A stretch of 53,846 nt of DNA from the sequence record PP180005; one strand, 5' to 3'. Of the stretch, positions 16,122 through 24,575 are shown piece after piece. This DNA comes from Escherichia phage mEp554. A program made the position numbers and the translations under genes. Within the stretch, counting starts at the first letter, position 1. Each line of letters begins with the position of its first letter. The notes below the pieces were generated by a model. It was not told the origin of the DNA. It was given only the letters and a program-made list of their open reading frames with translations, and ran no database searches.

Positions 16122-16611
16122 TGCGGCAGATTTACTACGAATCGCAGCGGAAACAATTGAGCAAAGAGGTAAACAAAACGGATACGACAGAAAAGAGGAA
16201 AAATCGGCGCCAAAAATAGCCACTATATATAACGCTAAGAAGGGCGCAAATTTAACCCCGCTTGATGTATGGGATCTGTTGATTTGTCTCAAGGAGGCGC
16301 GTTTAGAGGCCATTTTGGCTAATGGTAGCGATCCTGCTGACACTTTGGTTGACCTAATCAGCTACAACGCACTAAAAGCTGAGCAAATATTGAATGATCG
16401 GGATGAAGAGTTAAAGAAAAATCAGTTCACTGCCGCCAATATTAGCGATGGAATAATAAAAGATGCAGCAATAACAAGCTGTAAGGGCTTACCCCCTTCA
16501 ATGCTTAATCCTCAATGCGGTTGCATTTCAACTCGGCTTGATTTGAGTTTTGACAGATCTGAAGCTATTCGCGATAAGAGGTATGACCCAAATGAAAAAG
16601 GTGACAATTGA
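16114..16611 (+). CDS. Hypothetical protein; N-terminal region resembles the phage DUF6378-type helical domain
   Basis: Start at ATG 16114 (SD GAGGTG). The pattern IEQRGKQNGYD...IATIYNAKKG.NLTPLDVWDLLICLKEAR is recalled, not searched. Confidence 0.45.
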   Translation: MTSAADLLRIAAETIEQRGKQNGYDRKEEKSAPKIATIYNAKKGANLTPLDVWDLLICLKEARLEAILANGSDPADTLVDLISYNALKAEQILNDRDEELKKNQFTAANISDGIIKDAAITSCKGLPPSMLNPQCGCISTRLDLSFDRSEAIRDKRYDPNEKGDN

Positions 16612-17095
16612 CAGGTTATTGGCCTGCGTTTATGTCGCCGTTTTCGTGATCATCAACCTTATTGTTAACCATTGCGGCCCGTGGGTAATTCCGATCACTA
16701 CGGTAGCCGCTGTGTGTGTCAATATGATGATCCGTGACTTCCTGTTATATGACGGCGGCTTGAAATGGTCGGCTACAACATGCGCCGCCGCTGGCGCAAT
16801 CACGGTGCTAATAAATTACGATGCAGGAATGGTAGCAATAGCGTCATTCGTCGCGGTTGTTTCCGGTGCGCTTATATCTGGCGGTGTTTACCGGGTTTTG
16901 CCTGGTGATTTCGATTCGAAACGCTGGCCTGCAAATATAGCTTCAGCCATCGGGGATGCGTTAATTTTCCCGACGCTATCGTTTATGGCGTTTATGCCGG
17001 AAATATCAGCGATGCAATTCATCTCAAAAATGGCAGCGGTGACGGTGATCACTATCATCATGCGCCGCTATTTCACGTTTGAGGGCAAAAAATGA
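16592..17095 (+). CDS. Polytopic membrane protein, possibly VUT/YhhQ (queuosine-precursor transporter) family
   Basis: 167 aa, 4-5 hydrophobic segments. GDALIFP and the overall pattern are reminiscent of DUF165/YhhQ. Assignment is tentative. Confidence 0.4.
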   Translation: MKKVTIDRLLACVYVAVFVIINLIVNHCGPWVIPITTVAAVCVNMMIRDFLLYDGGLKWSATTCAAAGAITVLINYDAGMVAIASFVAVVSGALISGGVYRVLPGDFDSKRWPANIASAIGDALIFPTLSFMAFMPEISAMQFISKMAAVTVITIIMRRYFTFEGKK

Positions 17096-17874
17096 GCAAG
17101 GCTAAACACTGGTTATATAATTGGCTAAGAAACTGGGTTGTGTGGTCGCTGTACGACGGCAGCGGGTACGCCGTTAAAGACTGGGCGGAAGCGGGATATA
17201 AGTGCTATTGCTTCAACTATGACGGCGCAAATCACGGCGATTATGAAGGCGTTAAAATCATTCATCCGAATATTGAATACGTTAACGTATGGATTGACAG
17301 TCACTTCCTGGTGATGTTCTCGCCTGACTTGTCAGTTTACCCAGAGCCTGACATTATCCTGGGCTTCCCGCCGTGCGACGATCTCGCCGTGTCTGGCGCT
17401 CGCTGGTTCGCTGACAAACGAAAAAAAGATCCTGACTTCCAGGTGAAGGCGGCGAATAGCGCAAAACTGGTAGAAAAACTGGCGGATATGCACAACGTGC
17501 CGTGGATGGTGGAAAATCCGGTGGGGGCACTGTCAACGCTATGGCGTAAACCGGATTTTATCTTCAATCCTTGCGCTTACGGTGGCTACCTGCCGGAAGA
17601 TGACAAACATCCTGCTTTCCCGGATGTTTACCCGGCGCGCGACGCGTATACAAAGAAAACTTGTATTTGGTGCGGTAACGGATTTAAGCAGCCGCTTTTC
17701 AGACCTGTAGATCTTAACTCTGGTGATAACCCGGGGTGGGCGAAAACAGGAGGCAGGACGAAACGAACAAAGATGATCCGCTCACTAACGCCGCGCGGCT
17801 TTGCCCGTGCTGTATTCCTGGCTAACGACCGGGCCATCAATCGTACTACGCTTAACCGTGTTTTGCCGGACTGA
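17092..17874 (+). CDS. Minimal C5-cytosine-methyltransferase-like protein
   Basis: 260 aa. Motif I-like SLYDGSGYA, motif IV-like GFPPCDDLAVSG (PC dipeptide), motif VI-like VENPVG, C-terminal TPRGFARAV. ATGA-coupled to the upstream membrane gene. Confidence 0.55.
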   Translation: MSKAKHWLYNWLRNWVVWSLYDGSGYAVKDWAEAGYKCYCFNYDGANHGDYEGVKIIHPNIEYVNVWIDSHFLVMFSPDLSVYPEPDIILGFPPCDDLAVSGARWFADKRKKDPDFQVKAANSAKLVEKLADMHNVPWMVENPVGALSTLWRKPDFIFNPCAYGGYLPEDDKHPAFPDVYPARDAYTKKTCIWCGNGFKQPLFRPVDLNSGDNPGWAKTGGRTKRTKMIRSLTPRGFARAVFLANDRAINRTTLNRVLPD

Positions 17875-17876
17875 AA

Positions 17877-17957
17877 TTTACAAAATGGCGTCATTGCGTG
17901 ATGCGGATCACATAATGGCGCTTTTTGTCTTGTTTGCATGTATCCATTTTGTATACT
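17877..17957 (+). promoter_or_regulatory. Composite regulatory region: TTTACAAAATGG (17877-17888), CRP-type palindrome CGTGATGCGGATCACA (17897-17912), promoter -35 TTGTTT (17930-17935), 16 nt, -10 TATACT (17952-17957) inside CCATTTTGTATA (17944-17955)
   Basis: Read directly from sequence. The palindrome centre lies about 60 bp upstream of the predicted start. Flanking 8-bp inverted repeat TTGTTTGC / GCAAACAA. Confidence 0.55.
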
Positions 17958-18033
17958 TCAAGCAAACAAAATGCTCTTTAAAAATCCGGCAGCGCTGAAA
18001 TGCGTAGAAATCACCTGAAAAGGAGAGAGCATT

Positions 18034-18210
18034 ATGCCTTTTGATAATTACCAATGGCATGACGACTATGAACGAGAGAGCGTTATGCGTGCAATGTGCA
18101 ATGTATGCAGCACGAAGAGAGGAGGCTGTAACGAGTGCAACGAATGCTTAGAACATTGGCTAAGGGCCGGACACGCCGAAAGGCTGAACGAAACAGAGAA
18201 TCAAAAATAA
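18034..18210 (+). CDS. 58-aa Cys-rich micro-ORF (MPFDNYQWHDDYERESVMRAMCNVCSTKRGGCNECNECLEHWLRAGHAERLNETENQK)
   Basis: Strong SD AAGGAGAG. CxxC-N6-CxxCxxC pattern. Below the ORF-track cutoff. Confidence 0.6.
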   Translation: MPFDNYQWHDDYERESVMRAMCNVCSTKRGGCNECNECLEHWLRAGHAERLNETENQK

Positions 18211-18224
18211 TCGGGGTGGTTTTT

Positions 18225-18830
18225 ATGCAAAACCCTAAAAAACCCATAAGACGCCGTTGCAAATGCTGCGGCGTTTTTTTTGAGCCTAAATACCATAATC
18301 AAACGTGGTGCAGTGATGAGTGTCTGGAAGAGCTGAAATTTGATCAGCTATGCCGCGACCGTGAGAAGGCTATGAAGGCTATGGAGCGGAAGAAACGCCG
18401 TGATAGCCAGCGTGAAGAACGCAACCGGAAGCGTAAACAGTTAAATCCGCGTAGTTATTGGATCAAACAAGTTCAAAATGTATTTAACGCCTATATTCGA
18501 GAACGTGACGCGCGCTTGCCGTGTATATCTTGCGGGACTTACTACGGTGAGCAATGCGGGTGGGATGCAGGCCATTACAGGACGGTAGCCGCCGCCGGAC
18601 ACCTTCGCTTCAACGAGGATAATTGCCATAAGCAATGTAGGCACTGCAACCAGACACTAGACGGCAACATCGGAGGGTATCGCCCGGCACTGATTCGAAA
18701 AATTGGCCTCGCCAGGGTGGTAGCTCTGGAGAACAACAACGAAACTCACAAATGGACGATTGCAGAATGTAAGGAGCTAATAAACATCTATCAGGCTAAA
18801 TTGGACGCCTTAAGGAGAAAGGCAGCATGA
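18225..18830 (+). CDS. ninG: NinG/Rap-family recombination endonuclease
   Basis: Start at ATG 18225. NinG pattern (C.CCG..F.P......WCS..C...; FNAYIRERD...CISCG...AGHYR...RFNE.N.HKQC..CN). Confidence 0.85.
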   Translation: MQNPKKPIRRRCKCCGVFFEPKYHNQTWCSDECLEELKFDQLCRDREKAMKAMERKKRRDSQREERNRKRKQLNPRSYWIKQVQNVFNAYIRERDARLPCISCGTYYGEQCGWDAGHYRTVAAAGHLRFNEDNCHKQCRHCNQTLDGNIGGYRPALIRKIGLARVVALENNNETHKWTIAECKELINIYQAKLDALRRKAA

Positions 18831-19234
18831 ACGAATATACATTTAGCCTACCTTACCCGCCATCGAATAATCGCTATTACCGACATTCGCGCGGTTTTCA
18901 CTATATCAGCAAAGTGGGGAAGGAATACAGGGAACAAGTAAGAGACATCATTGAGCTATTAAATTTAAATATTAACCTGCCTTGCCGACTGGCAATTGCA
19001 ATTTACGCCGCGCCGCCGGATAACCGGATCAGAGATCTGGATAATATCCCTAAATGCCTTTTTGATAGCCTTACTTATGCCGGATTCTGGATGGATGACG
19101 GGCAAATTGACTCAATAAAAATTGTCCGCTGCCGGAAGATAAAAGGCGGACGCTTGTTTATTAAGATCCGCGAACGCGGCGACCTACTACCGGATATTGA
19201 CGAATACGCGACTAATATGTGGGGTGAGCAATGA
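18827..19234 (+). CDS. rusA: RusA-family Holliday junction resolvase
   Basis: 135 aa. LPYPPSNNRYY...RDLDN..K...D.L....W.DD.QI signature. Confidence 0.85.
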   Translation: MNEYTFSLPYPPSNNRYYRHSRGFHYISKVGKEYREQVRDIIELLNLNINLPCRLAIAIYAAPPDNRIRDLDNIPKCLFDSLTYAGFWMDDGQIDSIKIVRCRKIKGGRLFIKIRERGDLLPDIDEYATNMWGEQ

Positions 19235-19413
19235 AAAACGAAATTAAAGATCTGCAAATAGATATTCAGCGCGATGAGCATGATTTAGCTACAGTCCGAC
19301 AAATCCAGGCTTTCCACATGAGAGAACTGCTTGCGCTGAAAGAGCTTGAAAGAAAGTTGGTCCAATCAATATCTGATCGTAAACGTCTGGTTGCTCGTTA
19401 CGGGGGCAAATAA
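19231..19413 (+). CDS. Hypothetical coiled-coil protein (60 aa)
   Basis: ATGA coupling at both ends. Confidence 0.55.
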   Translation: MKNEIKDLQIDIQRDEHDLATVRQIQAFHMRELLALKELERKLVQSISDRKRLVARYGGK

Positions 19414-20135
19414 TGAATCTGGAATCAATTCTTAAATTCCACTTCCCAAAATCACCGCGTTTGTCAGATGAAAGCCGGGGCACGTCCCCGGATGCGCTTA
19501 ATACTACTGATGCACTAACTGCCGCAGGTATGGCGCAATCGCGCGTAGAGCTTGGTTATAGCGCTTTTTTGGGGAAGATGGAACTATCACAAGCCGAAAA
19601 GCATAAGGCCGTAGTTTTGCTTATAGAGCGTTTAAGGGCTATGGCAAAAGACTATGAATACGTTATGGAACTGGACGAGGCCAAACGCAATGATCTCATT
19701 ATTCTTGTTGCCGTTTTCGCATTTCGGGATTATTGCCAGAGTGCCGCGACGGAAAAAACTTGTATGGAGTGCGGCGGATATAAATTTACGTTTGACGAAT
19801 ACGGGGAAAAACACCTTTGTAAAAAATGCAAGGGGCATGGGACAGTTCGCAATCATTGTAAACAATGCAAGGGCCGTGGCGAAGTACCGGATAAAGCAGC
19901 CAGCGAAGCGGCGGAAATGCCAGTGTTCAAAACGTGCCAGCGCTGCGGCGGGCGCGGGTACTCGCGTTTCCCTGTAGATCTTGTCCGGCAGGCGGTTAAT
20001 CAGCTTGTTTTTCCGGTAAGCCGATCAACATGGTGGAAGAAATACCGGGCTTTCTATGAAGACGCCATTGCCGAATTGTTCAAAGAAGAGGCGCGGGCTG
20101 ACAACGAAATTAAACGAGTGACGCGGGGTGAATGA
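19413..20135 (+). CDS. Q-like late antiterminator (zinc-ribbon CxxCxGxG repeats)
   Basis: 240 aa. Position after ninG-rusA. Four CxxCxG(x)G motifs (CMECGGYK, CKKCKGHG, CKQCKGRG, CQRCGGRG). Family recalled as the phage-82-type antiterminator. Confidence 0.6.
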   Translation: MNLESILKFHFPKSPRLSDESRGTSPDALNTTDALTAAGMAQSRVELGYSAFLGKMELSQAEKHKAVVLLIERLRAMAKDYEYVMELDEAKRNDLIILVAVFAFRDYCQSAATEKTCMECGGYKFTFDEYGEKHLCKKCKGHGTVRNHCKQCKGRGEVPDKAASEAAEMPVFKTCQRCGGRGYSRFPVDLVRQAVNQLVFPVSRSTWWKKYRAFYEDAIAELFKEEARADNEIKRVTRGE

Positions 20136-20335
20136 TGGATAAGCTGGAAATAAACGATCAGTTTGCTGTTATCTTATTCGAAGATAAAACAGGCGGCGCA
20201 TGGTGTAAGAAAGTCACTGGTGCGGAAGCGCGTTTGGTTTTGGGTATGGCAAGCGCGTTAAACGAAGGCGAATTACCAGCCATACCTATTAAGCCAGTCA
20301 AAATATACAAACGGGGTGACGATGATGAAGCCTAA
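20132..20335 (+). CDS. Hypothetical protein (67 aa)
   Basis: ATGA-coupled to the Q-like gene. Confidence 0.55.
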   Translation: MMDKLEINDQFAVILFEDKTGGAWCKKVTGAEARLVLGMASALNEGELPAIPIKPVKIYKRGDDDEA

Positions 20336-20594
20336 ATTAAAAGAACATCTATTTGCAAAGCTGGTTAATGACCTGACATTATCCGCGCGGTTGTGCCGTG
20401 ATACACAACAATTGAGGGCGTGGATAGCAAGGGATTTAAGAAAATACATTGAGCCAGGCGGACCAGGCGACAAAATGACTATGGACGAGGCCATCAAGCG
20501 CCGTTCGGCTGATTGGTCAGTTAGTAACACAGGATTAACCGGATACATTGAAGGCTATAACGACTGTTTACAGGATCATAGCAATGAAAAGTAA
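20322..20594 (+). CDS. Hypothetical protein (about 90 aa)
   Basis: ATG 20322/20325 after GGGGTGA. Confidence 0.55.
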   Translation: MMKPKLKEHLFAKLVNDLTLSARLCRDTQQLRAWIARDLRKYIEPGGPGDKMTMDEAIKRRSADWSVSNTGLTGYIEGYNDCLQDHSNEK

Positions 20595-20796
20595 CCGCAA
20601 GCGCCTTGTAAGGGCGTATGACAAAGCATTAAAGGCTTTTGATGATCTGCGACACAACAAACGCCAGCGCCGTAAATGGGCGCGTATGCTTGTAAGGGAA
20701 TGGCATAGCGAGGAATATTTCCTTAATGCCAGGCACATGACTCAGGATGTAGCTGACATGTTAGCTGACGAGAACGTTTATTACATGATGTGGTGA
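20584..20796 (+). CDS. Hypothetical basic protein (70 aa)
   Basis: ATG 20584 overlaps the upstream gene end. The ORF track starts at TTG 20548. Confidence 0.45.
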   Translation: MKSNRKRLVRAYDKALKAFDDLRHNKRQRRKWARMLVREWHSEEYFLNARHMTQDVADMLADENVYYMMW

Positions 20797-20800
20797 TAAT

Positions 20801-21166
20801 ATGCAAATAATCATTGATTATCTTTGCCATGCTGTGAATACGCTTTTTGGTTTTTATCAACAACCATTCCTAAAAGAATGGGATGAAATGCTTAACGACA
20901 TTATTGACAAAGGGTTAATAGTTGAAGTCGGCGAGCTAACGATAAAATTCAATTACGAAGGAAAGGAATATGAAATATGGGTAGGGAATAGATGGTACTC
21001 ATACGGTCATATTTATTCAATTGGCGGTATGTACATTAAACGTAGCCAGGAGTTCAGGCCGCGATTCCGCACAATGCGCCGCCTGCGTGACCTGCATATG
21101 AATATATTTGAAAATCAGGAAGCGTGTGAACTATTCAAGATCTACGGGGATAAATCATGGAATTAA
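20801..21166 (+). CDS. Hypothetical protein (121 aa)
   Basis: SD GGTGA. Confidence 0.6.
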   Translation: MQIIIDYLCHAVNTLFGFYQQPFLKEWDEMLNDIIDKGLIVEVGELTIKFNYEGKEYEIWVGNRWYSYGHIYSIGGMYIKRSQEFRPRFRTMRRLRDLHMNIFENQEACELFKIYGDKSWN

Positions 21167-21387
21167 AAATCTGGCAGGCTATCGACGTAGTTGATAATGA
21201 ATTGTCTATGTTCGCCACTAACGGGAAACGCGTTGTGATCGCTACATGGACACGTAACCATGATGATATTGCTTTTCGTCGCGCTGCGGCGGAATTGCTT
21301 TTCTCTGATGGCGGCTACACGATGAACATCGCACAGCTTGCCAGAATGAAAGATGAAAAGCTGGTGGACAGCTACACAACTGCATAA
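21157..21387 (+). CDS. Hypothetical protein (76 aa)
   Basis: SD GGGGA. Confidence 0.55.
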   Translation: MELKIWQAIDVVDNELSMFATNGKRVVIATWTRNHDDIAFRRAAAELLFSDGGYTMNIAQLARMKDEKLVDSYTTA

Positions 21388-21397
21388 CGGGGTGAAT

Positions 21398-21628
21398 ATG
21401 CGTATCTATGAGCACAAGCGGGATAAAACCCGCTTTTTTGTTCGTGCTGGCGTTGCGTACTGGTATCACGAATGCGGATACATTGAGGCACTTGCTTACG
21501 ATCTGGATTTTGAGCAGGAAAAAGAATGGTTCGATTTTAAAATTTACCGTAAGCGCAAACCAACGCGCGACGAGCGACACGCTATCCGTGACTTTTTAAT
21601 CAGTATTGAGCGCTGGGGGACAGATTAA
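21398..21628 (+). CDS. Hypothetical protein (76 aa)
   Basis: ATG 21398 after GGGGTGA. Confidence 0.55.
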   Translation: MRIYEHKRDKTRFFVRAGVAYWYHECGYIEALAYDLDFEQEKEWFDFKIYRKRKPTRDERHAIRDFLISIERWGTD

Positions 21629-21855
21629 TGAAAGTTAAATTTTTGCACGATCACGGTTATCCGTCATTGAAACAGGTTGTTGGTAAGGTGGTTAACGTCG
21701 TTCATAGCGATAATGTCACTTGCATGATTAACGGTGCTGACCTCATTGCCGCTGGCGCTGATGATCATTACATTAATCCGGCATGGTCGTATACGTTCAG
21801 CCTGAGTGACTTCGTTGGCGATAAGGGGCGCGGGCTGGAAGTAGTCGAGGGTTAA
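21628..21855 (+). CDS. Hypothetical protein (75 aa)
   Basis: TAATG coupling. Confidence 0.55.
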   Translation: MKVKFLHDHGYPSLKQVVGKVVNVVHSDNVTCMINGADLIAAGADDHYINPAWSYTFSLSDFVGDKGRGLEVVEG

Positions 21856-21859
21856 CATC

Positions 21860-22108
21860 ATGGACGTTTACGAAGATCTATACCTTCAGACAAATACCAA
21901 CACTTTTTATTTTCTGAATAACGGCGTCGTGTATCGCAGTGACGACGGGGTGATAATGAAAGAGTGGTTATTTAAGCGTGAAGATCTACTCGACGATCTG
22001 GTTTTTGCCGGGGTATTTCGTAAACGTCCGGCTAACCTGGAAGAAGAAATGTTGATAGAGGTATTTCAAAATGAAAATCAGGGTAAGTTATTTCCGGGCG
22101 AAAGATAA
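21860..22108 (+). CDS. Hypothetical protein (82 aa)
   Basis: SD GAGGG. Confidence 0.55.
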   Translation: MDVYEDLYLQTNTNTFYFLNNGVVYRSDDGVIMKEWLFKREDLLDDLVFAGVFRKRPANLEEEMLIEVFQNENQGKLFPGER

Positions 22109-22322
22109 GGCAACAGGAAGGCAGATGGCGATCCTGGTTAACGAGGCGCGTTACATGTTTGTGCTTCAGCCGTGGTGTGTTGTAGACCTTAACGACAATT
22201 GCCGCCGTCACGCCGCGCGGAGTGCTGTAGGAATGAAAGGATGGCAGCCGCGCGACATGGGAAACTATTGTGACTGGAAATTGGTGGCAAAATATACGGT
22301 TGATTATAAAGGGGTTTTCTAA
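22071..22322 (+). CDS. Hypothetical protein (83 aa)
   Basis: ORF track. Overlaps the upstream gene by 38 nt. Confidence 0.45.
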   Translation: MKIRVSYFRAKDKATGRQMAILVNEARYMFVLQPWCVVDLNDNCRRHAARSAVGMKGWQPRDMGNYCDWKLVAKYTVDYKGVF

Positions 22323-22534
22323 TGCAAGTTAAATGCACATGCTCAAGCAATGACAGCGTCTTCACTATTGGGCGTGCTTATGACGTTCATATCGTTTATG
22401 GCAATGCGGTTAGCGACGCTGGAGTTACGCTTGTATTGATTGACAATCATGATAATGTGTGGGGATTTATGCCAAATTACCGGGGCGGTGAGATAACTGG
22501 TGTTCATTTCTCGGCCAGCTTCGAGCGTTATTAA
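22322..22534 (+). CDS. Hypothetical protein (70 aa)
   Basis: TAATG coupling. Confidence 0.55.
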   Translation: MQVKCTCSSNDSVFTIGRAYDVHIVYGNAVSDAGVTLVLIDNHDNVWGFMPNYRGGEITGVHFSASFERY

Positions 22535-22571
22535 TTGCGTCATAATGTTGATTTTAATGAATAAATAAAAA

Positions 22572-22633
22572 TGTGATCTTTATCACAATGTATACAAAAT
22601 GGCATTGTTTCGGCAGTGCCGTTTTGTTATATA
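22572..22633 (+). promoter_or_regulatory. Composite regulatory region: CRP-type palindrome TGTGATCTTTATCACA (22572-22587), 12-mer TATACAAAATGG (22591-22602), promoter -35 TTGTTT (22605-22610), 17 nt, extended -10 TGtTATATA (22625-22633)
   Basis: Perfect TGTGA-N6-TCACA core. Its centre lies about 60 bp upstream of the predicted start. Confidence 0.6.
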
Positions 22634-22666
22634 TAAGTCACTGAAAGACGAATGGAAGGTAAGAAG

Positions 22667-22792
22667 ATGAACGCTAACGCTAAATATCCGGCATGGGTCT
22701 TTGAACTATACGCCCGCTACTTTGAATTGCTGGCACCAGGTGAAGAAGCATTAAGCATTGACGAATACGCTGAGTGTTTAGGGTTCAAATGA
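22667..22792 (+). CDS. 41-aa micro-ORF (MNANAKYPAWVFELYARYFELLAPGEEALSIDEYAECLGFK)
   Basis: SD GGAAGG. First ORF after the promoter. Confidence 0.5.
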   Translation: MNANAKYPAWVFELYARYFELLAPGEEALSIDEYAECLGFK

Positions 22793-22820
22793 GACAAAGA
22801 AGAATAAAACACGGGGCCGG

Positions 22821-23150
22821 ATGGCCCAATCAAACCAGAAGGTTGCAATCATGAAAAGCGATAAGTTCATAGCGTGCTGTTTTGTTGAAGTGCCTAAAGG
22901 TGATGTTTTCTGCAATTATGAATTTAAAGACAGTTTAGGCCGATCTCATGTTGTTGTTGGTAAGCGGGGCGATTGGTTATATATAACAGACGACGACATG
23001 ATTTTTACCAGAAATCAACTATTTCACATCAACTCATTAAATAATTATGCGCCAGTTGCCGCTATATCCATGATGGATCTTAAATCTAATATGTGGCTTG
23101 AAAAGGACACTGTGCATAAAGCGCGTAGCTTACCTAGTGCGGAGTTTTAA
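22821..23150 (+). CDS. Hypothetical protein (109 aa; alternative start ATG 22851)
   Basis: ORF track. Both candidate starts have purine-rich SDs. Confidence 0.55.
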   Translation: MAQSNQKVAIMKSDKFIACCFVEVPKGDVFCNYEFKDSLGRSHVVVGKRGDWLYITDDDMIFTRNQLFHINSLNNYAPVAAISMMDLKSNMWLEKDTVHKARSLPSAEF

Positions 23151-23152
23151 TT

Positions 23153-23407
23153 ATGGTTGTGATCAGACTATGGCGCGGTAATAGCCGATTTGATGGTAAA
23201 TATATCCGCGTAATTGAAGATGTTAATCGTGGTCGGTTTTATGAATTGGTATACAGCGAAAAAAGGGAGAAAGAATATCTGAACGAATCGATCCCTATGT
23301 GGCGTAAAGTGGCTGGCCTTGCCTTAATTCTGCGCCGCGGGTTTTATACAGATCACAACACACTAACAGATGCGGAACTAGTGACAATTCTTTACAAAGG
23401 AGAATAA
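23153..23407 (+). CDS. Hypothetical protein (84 aa)
   Basis: SD GGAG. Confidence 0.55.
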   Translation: MVVIRLWRGNSRFDGKYIRVIEDVNRGRFYELVYSEKREKEYLNESIPMWRKVAGLALILRRGFYTDHNTLTDAELVTILYKGE

Positions 23408-23410
23408 CAA

Positions 23411-23734
23411 ATGTCTAAATTTATCAGCGTTAATGTTTTCCGTGGCAATTTTCCAGAAGATAAAGAAATTGGACAATTCGCAGGTGAACGTGGCGTATGT
23501 TTCCGTGTAGCTACTGAAGACGATGCGCACGTTAAATGCTTTCACGTATCTGAACCGCCTTTTAATGCAGACCATCTTGAAGACCTGAATAGAATTAAAA
23601 GCCTTATTTTTGCCTATCTGGCGTTCCCTGGCATAGCTGATGCTGATGTGGAATTGGTTGGGGCCGAACTGGTGGCAGAATACAAAATGACTGAAGGCGA
23701 AAACGGAGGGGTGGAAATTGAGCGCATCAAATAA
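23411..23734 (+). CDS. Hypothetical protein (107 aa)
   Basis: SD AGGAGA. Confidence 0.6.
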   Translation: MSKFISVNVFRGNFPEDKEIGQFAGERGVCFRVATEDDAHVKCFHVSEPPFNADHLEDLNRIKSLIFAYLAFPGIADADVELVGAELVAEYKMTEGENGGVEIERIK

Positions 23735-23972
23735 ACCTTACAAAATCCGTTGTAAAGGCGAATATCCTGGTTTTACGATTGGTTGCGAATACATGGGCCA
23801 CATTGGGTACGGCCCTTTCGGTGAATTAGGAATGAATACGCTGGACGACGACGGCGACAGCAGGACGCTTGATCTCGATTCTGATGATTTCGAATACATC
23901 CCGCCAGTGACTTGCCGCGTCGTTGATGAGTTCCTGGCTGAACATGAAGACGATGAGGATGATTATGATTGA
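23718..23972 (+). CDS. Hypothetical acidic protein (84 aa, TTG start)
   Basis: Strong SD GGAGGGGTGG before TTG 23718. Confidence 0.5.
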   Translation: MSASNKPYKIRCKGEYPGFTIGCEYMGHIGYGPFGELGMNTLDDDGDSRTLDLDSDDFEYIPPVTCRVVDEFLAEHEDDEDDYD

Positions 23973-24159
23973 ATGCCTTATTGCTGTGACTGTTTTGCTT
24001 TATATCGCTGGCGCGATCTTGATGTCATGTTTTATTAAGGTTAGTGAGGCTGACCGTTGCGGATTTGAGATCCCTTTTTGGCCTGTATTGGTTTTTCTCG
24101 CTTTCTTTGATGCTACGGTAGTGCAGATCAAACAAGCTATTAAGGAGCGCAAAAAATGA
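23965..24159 (+). CDS. Membrane protein, 2 TM (64 aa)
   Basis: ATG 23965 after GAGGATG. Hydrophobic sequence. Confidence 0.55.
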   Translation: MIECLIAVTVLLYIAGAILMSCFIKVSEADRCGFEIPFWPVLVFLAFFDATVVQIKQAIKERKK

Positions 24160-24338
24160 TTGAAGACGGCATCTATGGTGTAAACCAGATGGAAAACGTT
24201 TTTTACATGGTTGACGGCGATACCGTAACAATCAGCGTAGATGGTGGGGAATACGCAGAGCCATTCTTCAAAACAACAAGGGAAGACATTAAGCGAAGCG
24301 TTGATAAAGGCATACTATTTAAGGTTGGCGAGCTATGA
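24156..24338 (+). CDS. Hypothetical protein (60 aa), tandem paralogue of the next ORF
   Basis: SD AGGAG. IEDGIY...VFYMVDGDTVTI. Confidence 0.55.
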   Translation: MIEDGIYGVNQMENVFYMVDGDTVTISVDGGEYAEPFFKTTREDIKRSVDKGILFKVGEL

Positions 24339-24511
24339 ACGAGATCGAAGACGGCATCTATTTGCACATGTTATTTAACATCGCCTATTTGGTTAAAGGT
24401 GATAAGGTGATGATTCAGAATCCAGAAAGTAAATGCTGGGAATCAAGCATGATGGATCGTTGGCACATGCAAATGCTACTTGATAATAACCTGATATACA
24501 GAAAGCAGTAA
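24335..24511 (+). CDS. Hypothetical protein (58 aa), tandem paralogue of the previous ORF
   Basis: ATGA coupling. IEDGIY...IAYLVKGDKVMI. 15-nt identity gaagacggcatctat with the upstream copy. Confidence 0.5.
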   Translation: MNEIEDGIYLHMLFNIAYLVKGDKVMIQNPESKCWESSMMDRWHMQMLLDNNLIYRKQ

Positions 24512-24519
24512 AGCCGTAT

Positions 24520-24561
24520 TTGTGGCTCGAAAACAAACGGATTAAAATATTACCTAACAAT
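24520..24561 (+). promoter_or_regulatory. Candidate late promoter (pR-prime-like): -35 TTGTGG (24520-24525), 17 nt, -10 TAAAAT (24543-24548), -10-like AACAAT at about +1 to +6 (24556-24561)
   Basis: Hexamers read directly. The downstream -10-like element resembles the sigma-dependent pause element of lambdoid late promoters (recalled). Confidence 0.5.
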
Positions 24562-24575
24562 GCGAAACTGTAACT

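Noticed and set aside
22611-22621. CGGCA-G-TGCCG plus T-run as a terminator
   Set aside because: The loop is too small for a stable hairpin, and it lies within the spacer of the predicted promoter.
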